The notes below the pieces were generated by a model. That model worked only from the letters and a program-made list of their open reading frames with translations. It was not told where the DNA came from and did not search any database. DNA of 64,000 nt, from contig JAVEQI010000001.1 of assembly GCA_034007745.1 (NCBI GenBank), positions 118,531 to 182,530 of the forward strand. The letters are read 5' to 3'. Each line of letters starts with the position of its first letter. Position 1 is the first letter of the stretch. This document shows positions 56,991-64,000 of this stretch, piece after piece. Origin of the DNA: Desulfobacterium sp. (lineage in GTDB: Bacteria > Desulfobacterota > Desulfobacteria > Desulfobacterales > Desulfobacteraceae). The position numbers were made by a program, and so were the translations under genes.

Positions 56991-57602
56991 TTATCTGCCG
57001 GAAATATTTTTAATCAGTGAAGCTATTTCTATCAGTCTTTTAGCTTGATGCCTGACGGCATCTTTAACATCTTCCACCATTCCATCCTCACCTAGGGTAA
57101 CTGAAGTACCATAAGGATTTCCGCCAGCTTTAAAAATAGATGGGTCTGTATAACCGGTAGGCACTATTATAGCGCCCCAATGCATCATAGTTGTATATAT
57201 TGCCTGAATGGTTTGTTCTTGTCCTCCATGGGGGTTTTGAGCAGAAGCCATTGCCGAAACTGCTTTGTTTATTAATTTTCCTTCTGCCCATATACCACCT
57301 TGCAGATCCATAAAATTTTTAATTTGGCTGGCTACATTCCCAAACCTGGTTGGAGATGAAAAGATTATTGCATCTGCCCAAACTAAATCTGCTGAAGCAG
57401 CTGCAGGAACATCTTTAGTGTCTTCTGTAAATTTTTTCCAAGCAGGATTAGAGTTTACAACTTCAATAGGAGCTAATTCTGGTACTTTCAATACTTTCAC
57501 CTCTGCACCAGCCTCTATCGCTGCTTCTTCTGCCCATTTGGCCAATTGATAATTAGTACCTGTCATACTGTAATAAATTATAGCCAACTTAACTTTTTCC
57601 AT
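56991..57602 (-). CDS. wrbA: WrbA-type flavodoxin-like NAD(P)H:quinone oxidoreductase
   Basis: KLAIIYYSMTGTNYQLAKWA and IIFSSPTRFGN match the flavodoxin-like fold and WrbA length. The DNA is noticeably AT-rich. The start is set at the second ATG (GGAG upstream). Confidence 0.75.
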   Translation of the reverse strand: MEKVKLAIIYYSMTGTNYQLAKWAEEAAIEAGAEVKVLKVPELAPIEVVNSNPAWKKFTEDTKDVPAAASADLVWADAIIFSSPTRFGNVASQIKNFMDLQGGIWAEGKLINKAVSAMASAQNPHGGQEQTIQAIYTTMMHWGAIIVPTGYTDPSIFKAGGNPYGTSVTLGEDGMVEDVKDAVRHQAKRLIEIASLIKNISGR

Positions 57603-57706
57603 TTGAATCATCTCCTCTCTTCATAATGAGTTTATTACTCCTAAAGGAGCTTCCAACCCTGCCGCATGCAAATCATCTAAGCGGGTAGAAATTTATCCAT
57701 CTTTCG

Positions 57707-58420
57707 TCATCCCTTATCGAACATCTCTGGATTCTTTCTAATAAACCTTCGAATCAACTCTTTTACAAAAAATGTCCGTTTCCCTTTAATGTACCACCAG
57801 CCAATAGAGCTGATGATGAATGCTCCGATTGCATTTACAATCATATCCCACATGGTGTCGGTCAGACCGGAAGGATCTCCCAGCATAGGTTTTTGCATGT
57901 TAAAGCCGAATAGCTGATCCATGGAAAACTCAAAAATTTCCCAGAAAGCTCCAATGGCAACTGCAAATAAAAATGCAAACAAGGATATGAAAAAAGGTGT
58001 CATGTGTAGTTCTACCCGCTTGCTTTCATTAAGAATATAGATTAGAAAAAACCCGACTATTCCCATCAGCAAACCCGCCGATGCGTGGAGCACCATATCC
58101 CACCACCAGAACCTGTGATAGAAACCCTGAATTTCACCCAGATACAATGACGCAAATATGAAAATAACAGCAGCAATGTGAAATTCAGCTGGGATTTCCA
58201 TGTCCATTTTATGGCGAAAAATAAGCGGCGAAAGCAGGGTCGCAATAATGAGGGTTGCCAAAAATGCGGAAAGCCAGCGCTGGTCAATCAGAAGGATAAT
58301 CCACTCCACCACCATCAACAAAAGCAGCAGCAGCACAAGGGTGCGGTGGACACGATTTTCTCCGGGGCTTGCAACCCCTGCAACGGGTGCGGCCTCTTTC
58401 TGTTTGTTATTTATTTTCAT
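57707..58420 (-). CDS. Polytopic membrane protein (about 6 TM), possibly YjdF/DUF2238-like
   Basis: Hydrophobic segments with WWWDMVLHASAG and WEIFEFSMD motifs. The family call is from memory only. Confidence 0.5.
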   Translation of the reverse strand: MKINNKQKEAAPVAGVASPGENRVHRTLVLLLLLLMVVEWIILLIDQRWLSAFLATLIIATLLSPLIFRHKMDMEIPAEFHIAAVIFIFASLYLGEIQGFYHRFWWWDMVLHASAGLLMGIVGFFLIYILNESKRVELHMTPFFISLFAFLFAVAIGAFWEIFEFSMDQLFGFNMQKPMLGDPSGLTDTMWDMIVNAIGAFIISSIGWWYIKGKRTFFVKELIRRFIRKNPEMFDKG

Positions 58421-58822
58421 ACTTTGATGATTTTCATCGACAAGGCTTCCAGCCCGTCATCAGACGGATCCTCCTCGACCCAGATCTTCAACGGTGGCCT
58501 TGCCGGCACCCGCAGCTACTCGAAAGTAAGAGGGCAAAACGGCCTCATCCCCCTTTTCCAACAGAAGAGATTCTTCCAGTAGTTGGCCGATTCGTATCTT
58601 GGGACCGGGGAGGCCCACCATGATCAGGCAATGGTGCTGAAGCCTTGCAGCAACGGTTCGGATGCGCCGAATATCCTCCCTGTGCCCCTGTCGGGTGCCG
58701 TGGGCGAAATTGAGCCGCGCCACATGCATGCCCTGCAGCATCAGTTGTTCCATGACGGTCTCCGAACGGGAAGCCGATCCTATGGTGCACACGATCTTGG
58801 TTTTGTGGTTCGGTAACCTCAT
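58421..58822 (-). pseudogene. pyk: Truncated pyruvate kinase (N-terminal ~120 codons plus a frameshifted tail)
   Basis: HKTKIVCTIGSASRS...MHVARLNFAHG...GPKIRIG is the canonical PK N-terminus. The frame stops at 58460. A -1-shifted continuation VEEDPSDDGLEALSMKII still looks PK-like and ends at the start of the membrane-protein gene. Confidence 0.7.
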
Positions 58823-58883
58823 GGTCGTTTCTCCTAGCTGTTCATTAATGGTGTCCCATCATTAATATTTTTAGATGCTATTG

Positions 58884-60035
58884 TCAATAACGTAACACTG
58901 CTGCAACAAAAGCCTGGTCAGGAACTTTTTCCGGTGAAACGGCAAATACCGCACCACCCTTGAGCAAGGTTTGGATGGCCGTAAAATCCAAAAGATCCTC
59001 GTCGCCGGGTTGCGGGGTTTCATGCAGATCTACTCGATTATTTTCTGGATCGAACCGGCCCCACACCTGCACGTCCAGGGCGACAAAGAGCACTGCGATC
59101 CGCCCGTGATGGGCCGCCAGAACCGCCTCTACAAGGTCGTTCGTGGTCTGTCCGGTGCCGGCAAGCTGTCGATACCGAGCGAAACCTGCTTCCCGTTCCC
59201 TGTCAAACACCGGCTCGACGATGGCCCAGGCCGGCGGGAGAAAATCTTCCGGCTTCATTTCATCGGGATTCCCCGGAATCCCTTCCTCCACCAGATGCGG
59301 ATAGGTATTCACTTCTTTATAGAGCGGGAAAAGAGTGTCTACACCAGCCAACACCAGTGGAGATGGCGCATCTGAGAGAAGCTTTACCACCGCTTTATCA
59401 ATTGTGCGAAACCATTGTTGGAGGTGGCTTTTTACGTCTTCGCTGGGGTCGTGTCCATGGAACAGGGGGGCCTGGTTTCCACTCCTCAATGGCTTTCCCG
59501 TATGAAATTGGAGCTGTTTTTCCGGAAAACCGTTCGGAAAGGTTGCGGCAAGTGTTTCAGGCATATCGTCCAGATTGATTTCATCCACCGTATGCTGCGT
59601 TCCCTCCAGCAGTCGAAGCCGGTTCTGGCTGATCGCAAGGATATGGAAAGTGCCGTCACTGGTCAGTAGCGGCAGAAGCGGCTTGACATGAAAACGGTCC
59701 GTGACGACCACAAGCTCTGTAAATTGAATGGGCAGTCTGAAAAGATGAAAGTCATCCTCCGAAAAAAACACCGCCAGCCCGTCGCTTTGATGCCGCCAGA
59801 AACCGTTGTCCTCAAGCAGGCGCCGGGGGTTTTTGAGTCTTTCCTGCACCTCCGGTGTCCGCAGGCCCTTGGCCGACAGCCGTTCTTCCACCTCCTGCAG
59901 CAGATTCTTGAAACGAATAGGATTCTGCTCTGTTTCCCGTCCGGCCCGATGTGTTGGCATAAACAGCGAAATACACCAGCCAAAACGTTTTGTTAAAAAA
60001 GTTTCTTTTAATTTTTCCATGGTAATCAGATCCAT
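58884..60035 (-). CDS. Conserved hypothetical protein (383 aa); possibly a bacterial eRF1/Pelota-like (baeRF) family member
   Basis: N-terminus ...SLFMPTHRAGRETEQNPIRFKNLL..., central FHGHDPSED, C-terminus DLLDFTAIQTLLKGGAVFAV. The assignment is from memory of family hallmarks and is not verified. Confidence 0.55.
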   Translation of the reverse strand: MDLITMEKLKETFLTKRFGWCISLFMPTHRAGRETEQNPIRFKNLLQEVEERLSAKGLRTPEVQERLKNPRRLLEDNGFWRHQSDGLAVFFSEDDFHLFRLPIQFTELVVVTDRFHVKPLLPLLTSDGTFHILAISQNRLRLLEGTQHTVDEINLDDMPETLAATFPNGFPEKQLQFHTGKPLRSGNQAPLFHGHDPSEDVKSHLQQWFRTIDKAVVKLLSDAPSPLVLAGVDTLFPLYKEVNTYPHLVEEGIPGNPDEMKPEDFLPPAWAIVEPVFDREREAGFARYRQLAGTGQTTNDLVEAVLAAHHGRIAVLFVALDVQVWGRFDPENNRVDLHETPQPGDEDLLDFTAIQTLLKGGAVFAVSPEKVPDQAFVAAVLRY

Positions 60036-60110
60036 AACACAACTCTCCTTTAATAATTATTCTGTCGGCATTTATCTCGTATCTTTCCTTTTCAAGAACA
60101 TGTTGATAAC

Positions 60111-62819
60111 TCATTGTTCATGGTTTTTGTGAGAATCGGCACTATCCTCGGAAAAAGACCCCAACGAGATCATAAGTTCGAATTCTCCGGTACCAGGGCC
60201 TGCCTTCACCTGAAAACCCAGTTTTTTCCCCAGGGCAAGCATGCTTTGGTTTTCACGCATAACTATACCCTGCACCTTTTGATAACCCTGCTTTTTGGCG
60301 ATCTTCAGACATTTTTCAAGCAGACTTGAACCAATTCCAATGCCATGCCAGGGATCCCCGACCACAACGGCGAACTCCCCTAACTTCCTATCCGGATCTC
60401 CCATGATCCTGGCCACCCCCAGCATCTGGTCAACTTGAGGATCATCATCCAGGGCCACCAATGCGATTTCCCGGTCGTAATCAATCTGGGTGAACCTGGC
60501 CAGCATTTCAAGGTCAAATTCCTTGATATGGCTGAAGAAGCGGTTATAGATGGTCTCTGGCGATAATACCTTTGCAAAGTTTTGAAAAAGAGAGGCATCC
60601 TCCGGGCGGACAGGGCGTACAAACAGCCGGGTTCCCTCTTCAGTGACCAGGTGGCTCTCATCCTCTTGCGGATAGGGGCTGATCACAAGGTGCAGAGGGT
60701 AAGGGCGTACCGGTTCTGAGACGAGAATGCGGGCATCCACGGCCACAGCCTTTCCGTCCTTGATCATGACAGGGTTCATGTCCAGTTCCGCAATCTGGGG
60801 AAAATCAATCAGCATCTGGGAGAGCCGGATGATCATCTCTTCGAGTGCTTCCATATCCGCCGGTGGGCGGTTCCGATACCCTTGCAACAGGGTCCAGGCC
60901 CGGGTCTTCTGCATCATGCGCCGGGCCAGAAGCTGATTCAGGGGGGGAAGTCCCAAAGCCCGGTCTTTGAGCACCTCAGTAAAGATACCACCCATTCCGA
61001 ACAATATCACCGGCCCGAAATGAACATCTCGTTTGGCACCCAGCAGAATCTCATAATCTGGATTTGCAAAAAGCGGCTGCAGGGTGATGCCCTCGATTTG
61101 CGCATCGGCTTTGTACCGACGGGCGGACTCAACGATTCCGGTAAAGGCCTCCCGGACATCTTCATCCGAGCGCAGATCCAGGCGGATACCGCCGGCCTCG
61201 GTTTTGTGTGAGATGTCCGGGGATAGAAGCTTCATAACCAGGGGGTACCCCATCTCCTGTCCCAGGCGGCTTGCATCGTCTTTGGTTGTGGCCGTTTCCG
61301 TCCGAATCACGGGAAGGCCGTAGGCCGAAAGTACATCCCGAGCATCGGATTCGGCCATGAACTTACCTGCGGCCGCACGAGCCAGCATTTTTTCGGCTTT
61401 TTTTGAATCAACAGAAATCTCACGGGTCAGTTTGGGGGGGATTTCCAGAACGTCTTCCATGTTGCGGGCATATTCAACCATGTACAAAAATGCCCGGATA
61501 GCCCGTTCGGGTGTATCGTAGGTGGGGATACCCGCCTTGTTGAGGATGGTCAAGGCGCCTTCAATGCTTTTCCCGCCCATCCAACAGGCAAATACGGGAT
61601 ACAGGCGGCCCTTCATCATGTCCACCAGGGTTTTGGCCACCACAACAGGATCTGTGAAGGCCTGGGGCGTAAGAATCACACAAACGCCGTCATAATCCTT
61701 TGTATCGCAACAAACCTCCAGCGTTTGCCGAAAACGGTCCGGAGAGGCATCTCCGAGGATATCGATGGGGTTGCTACGGCTCCAGAAGGGCGGCAGAAAA
61801 GCATCGAGCCGTTGGAGGGTGTCAGGGCCAAGGGGGGCCGGTACAAGACCTGAGCGTGCCATGGCGTCCGTGGCCATCACGCCGGGGCCGCCGGCATTGG
61901 TGACAATAGCCAGGCGCGAGCCCCGGGGCCGGGGTTGCTTGGCCATCAGTTCGGCGCAGTCAAAAAGATCCTGGATCGTGTCTACGCGCACGACGCCGGC
62001 GCGCTTGAAGGCGGCGTCATACACCGCATCCTCCCCGGCCATGGCACCGGTGTGGGAAGCGGCGGCCTTGGCGCCAGCCTCACTTCGACCTGCTTTCAGG
62101 ACGATAATGGGTTTGATTCGGGACACCGAGCGTGCTGCGCTCATGAACTTGCGGAAATTCGTCAGGCTTTCGACATAAAGCAGAATGCTTTTAGCCGACG
62201 GGTCATTACCGATATAGTTGATGAGATCACCGAAATCCACATCCAGCATGGAACCGATGCTGACAAAATGGCTGAATCCGATGTTCTCCTTGAATGCCAG
62301 GTCCAGAATGGCAGTGCAGATGGCCCCACTCTGGGAGATAAAAGCCAGGTCTCCGGCAGCGGGCATCCCGGCGGCAAAGCTGGCATTGAGGCTGCTGCCG
62401 GGCCGGATGATACCCAGGCAGTTGGGGCCCACGATGCGAAGCCCGCCTGCATAGGCTGTGGTGCGGATCTGCTCCTCGATTTTACTTCCGGCTTCGCCTA
62501 CCTCCTTTCCGCCGGCCGAAATGATGATGGCCCCGGCGGTTTTATTCTTAACGCACGCCTGTACAATATCGGGGACCGTATGAATGGGGGTGGCAATGAT
62601 CGCCAGGTCCACCCCCGGTTCCAGATCCCGGATGGATTTCACAGTGGCCAATCCATGCACTGTTTCGTATTTCGGATTGACGGGTAATAGAGTCTGGGAG
62701 AATCCGCCCTCAACTAGGTTTTTCATCAGTGCGTTGCCGATGCTGCCGGTTTTTTCACTTGCGCCTATCACCGCCACCCGGCGAGGCTTGAAGATACGCT
62801 CCAGGTTATATTGACTCAT
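60111..62819 (-). CDS. pat: Pat/YfiQ-like protein lysine acetyltransferase (NDP-forming acyl-CoA-synthetase-like domain plus C-terminal GNAT)
   Basis: The N-terminal ~700 aa are colinear with the acd gene at 25277 (PRRVAVIGAS, SHTGAMAG, ATP-grasp). The C-terminus has a GNAT core, VVVGDPWHGIGIGSSLLEKCLKIAKKQGY. Confidence 0.8.
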   Translation of the reverse strand: MSQYNLERIFKPRRVAVIGASEKTGSIGNALMKNLVEGGFSQTLLPVNPKYETVHGLATVKSIRDLEPGVDLAIIATPIHTVPDIVQACVKNKTAGAIIISAGGKEVGEAGSKIEEQIRTTAYAGGLRIVGPNCLGIIRPGSSLNASFAAGMPAAGDLAFISQSGAICTAILDLAFKENIGFSHFVSIGSMLDVDFGDLINYIGNDPSAKSILLYVESLTNFRKFMSAARSVSRIKPIIVLKAGRSEAGAKAAASHTGAMAGEDAVYDAAFKRAGVVRVDTIQDLFDCAELMAKQPRPRGSRLAIVTNAGGPGVMATDAMARSGLVPAPLGPDTLQRLDAFLPPFWSRSNPIDILGDASPDRFRQTLEVCCDTKDYDGVCVILTPQAFTDPVVVAKTLVDMMKGRLYPVFACWMGGKSIEGALTILNKAGIPTYDTPERAIRAFLYMVEYARNMEDVLEIPPKLTREISVDSKKAEKMLARAAAGKFMAESDARDVLSAYGLPVIRTETATTKDDASRLGQEMGYPLVMKLLSPDISHKTEAGGIRLDLRSDEDVREAFTGIVESARRYKADAQIEGITLQPLFANPDYEILLGAKRDVHFGPVILFGMGGIFTEVLKDRALGLPPLNQLLARRMMQKTRAWTLLQGYRNRPPADMEALEEMIIRLSQMLIDFPQIAELDMNPVMIKDGKAVAVDARILVSEPVRPYPLHLVISPYPQEDESHLVTEEGTRLFVRPVRPEDASLFQNFAKVLSPETIYNRFFSHIKEFDLEMLARFTQIDYDREIALVALDDDPQVDQMLGVARIMGDPDRKLGEFAVVVGDPWHGIGIGSSLLEKCLKIAKKQGYQKVQGIVMRENQSMLALGKKLGFQVKAGPGTGEFELMISLGSFSEDSADSHKNHEQ

Positions 62820-62950
62820 GACAATACTCCTCCTTACAGAATGAACTCACATTCCCCACAATTTCGAAACTGCCCACGGATCGATAAAACGGTTCCAAGC
62901 GGATAGAAAATTACCCATGGACCGTCAGCCCTTATTAAAGCTCCCTGGAT

Positions 62951-63886
62951 TCAAGCCCCTGAAATCATGCCTTCATACAACCGTTCAGCATCCTCCCTTC
63001 GGCATAGTTCCGTTCCCGGCGTCATGACCGCTGCTGTACCGGCCGCAACGCCGAAAAGGACAGATTCCCTGAGCGGGTTTCCCCTGGCAAGACTCAAAAC
63101 AATACCGGCCACCATGCTGTCCCCGGCCCCAACCTTGCTGATAATCGGCACGGTAGGCGACAGGATGTGTTCAGCGAGCTTTTCCGAAACCACCAGGACG
63201 CCAGCCGCACCAAGGGAGATCACCAGCACTTCACACTGGCCGCTTTCGACGATCTTCCGGGCGGCGGCCTTGATCTGGGATTCCTCTTTGACCTCCTCGC
63301 CGACCAGCTCCCTGAATTCACGGACATTGGGCTTTAGTAGAAACACCCCTTCTTGAAGCGCCGCATCCAAGGCTTCACCCGAAACGTCGACGATCACTTT
63401 TGCGCCCCTCTTCTTTCCGATACGGGCAACCTGGGCATAAAAGTCCGGAGGCGCACCCGGCGGCAGGCTGCCGCTGGCCACCACATAATCAGGTGAAGGC
63501 TCCATGACCGTCAGCTTATGAATAAATGGCTCCCATTCTTCTTTGCTAAGCTGGGGTCCAGGCATCCCGAAACGATACTGCTGGCCGGTGGATTCCTCCA
63601 AAACAACCAAATTTTCCCGGTTCACGCCTTCAATGGGAAACGGCCGGTGGGTCAAACCTTCTTCGTCCAGGAGTTCCTGGAGCCTCCTTCCCGTAAGACC
63701 GCCTGCAGTATAAAGGAGCAGAGATTCGCCTCCCAGTTTTCTAACGGCCCGGGCGACATTCACCCCGCCTCCTCCGGGCTCGAAACGAGGCGTTTTGCAA
63801 TACAGTTTTCGCTCGGCCACGACATGGGCAACTCTTGAGCTCTTGTCGATCGCCGGATTCAAGGTTATGGTCACAATGATTTTCAT
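62951..63886 (-). CDS. pfkB: PfkB-family 1-phosphofructokinase / 6-phosphofructokinase-2-type sugar kinase
   Basis: TLNPAIDK, GGGGVNVARA and GAGDSMVAG motifs. RBS AAGGAGG. Confidence 0.85.
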   Translation of the reverse strand: MKIIVTITLNPAIDKSSRVAHVVAERKLYCKTPRFEPGGGGVNVARAVRKLGGESLLLYTAGGLTGRRLQELLDEEGLTHRPFPIEGVNRENLVVLEESTGQQYRFGMPGPQLSKEEWEPFIHKLTVMEPSPDYVVASGSLPPGAPPDFYAQVARIGKKRGAKVIVDVSGEALDAALQEGVFLLKPNVREFRELVGEEVKEESQIKAAARKIVESGQCEVLVISLGAAGVLVVSEKLAEHILSPTVPIISKVGAGDSMVAGIVLSLARGNPLRESVLFGVAAGTAAVMTPGTELCRREDAERLYEGMISGA

Positions 63887-64000
63887 TGAAAGGCCTCCTT
63901 GTCACACTCCCTACCAGTTGTGTTTGAAATAAAATTGGCTTATTAGGGTTATGCTTATTCAATCATTTGCATTGCCGTCCTGACCATCTGATTCGCATAC

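Noticed and set aside
63959-64000. Possible 3' end of a further minus-strand CDS at the right edge (..DGQDGNAND-stop at 63959-63961).
   Set aside because: Only about 13 codons are visible and no motif is present, so it cannot be supported.
1-64000. A search by eye for CRISPR arrays, rRNA genes, IS elements, transposases, integrases, and toxin-antitoxin or restriction-type defence genes.
   Set aside because: I found no regularly spaced direct repeats, no rRNA-like sequence, and no ORF with recombinase, transposase or nuclease hallmarks. The only mobile-DNA signatures are the short REP-like palindromes and the compositional mosaic at 56.7-64 kb.

Overview
This 64-kb window appears to come from an anaerobic, Wood-Ljungdahl-using deltaproteobacterium of the complete-oxidising sulfate-reducer type (Desulfobacteraceae-like). 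That assignment is an inference from gene content only. The window divides into five parts.

(1) 0.6-18.4 kb is a formate dehydrogenase (FDH) supercluster. It holds three catalytic subunits that each carry an in-frame UGA (selenocysteine) which the ORF track splits in two. Two are cytoplasmic NuoG-type paralogues in inverted orientation and one is a Tat-exported FdhAB. The cluster also contains FdhE, an FmdE-MoeA-type cofactor fusion, a ModE-N-like regulator and a membrane-anchored RnfB/GltD-like oxidoreductase.

(2) 19-25 kb is a housekeeping block: rluD, carD, pth, ctc, prs, tRNA-Gln, ispE.

(3) 25-42 kb is the carbonyl and methyl branch of the Wood-Ljungdahl pathway. It contains ADP-forming acetyl-CoA synthetase, two CooC ATPases, a NifU-like scaffold, folD, fhs, and acsD, an Ala-rich ORF, cooS/acsA, acsB, acsC and acsE.

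(4) 42.5-50.5 kb holds an orphan NuoE/NuoF pair, a decayed glycosyltransferase, and a six-gene signalling cluster built around a degenerate (putatively sensory) [FeFe]-hydrogenase-like protein: DRTGG, HATPase, HydA-like, PHP, HATPase, 2Fe-2S. I consider this cluster the best candidate for an under-described system.

(5) 50.6-64 kb contains an acyl-CoA ligase, DciA-like, tRNA-Ser, dnaX-ybaB-recR, and then a compositionally mosaic accessory segment. That segment has an AT-rich WrbA plus membrane-protein cassette that truncates a pyruvate kinase, and a GC-rich module of Pat-like acetyltransferase, unknown 383-aa protein and PfkB, bracketed by a duplicated pfkB 3' fragment.

Several short palindromic repeat families (two with GTAG...CTAC ends, REP-like) and several notable hairpins and palindromes sit in intergenic DNA. 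I saw no CRISPR arrays, rRNA genes, transposases or integrases.
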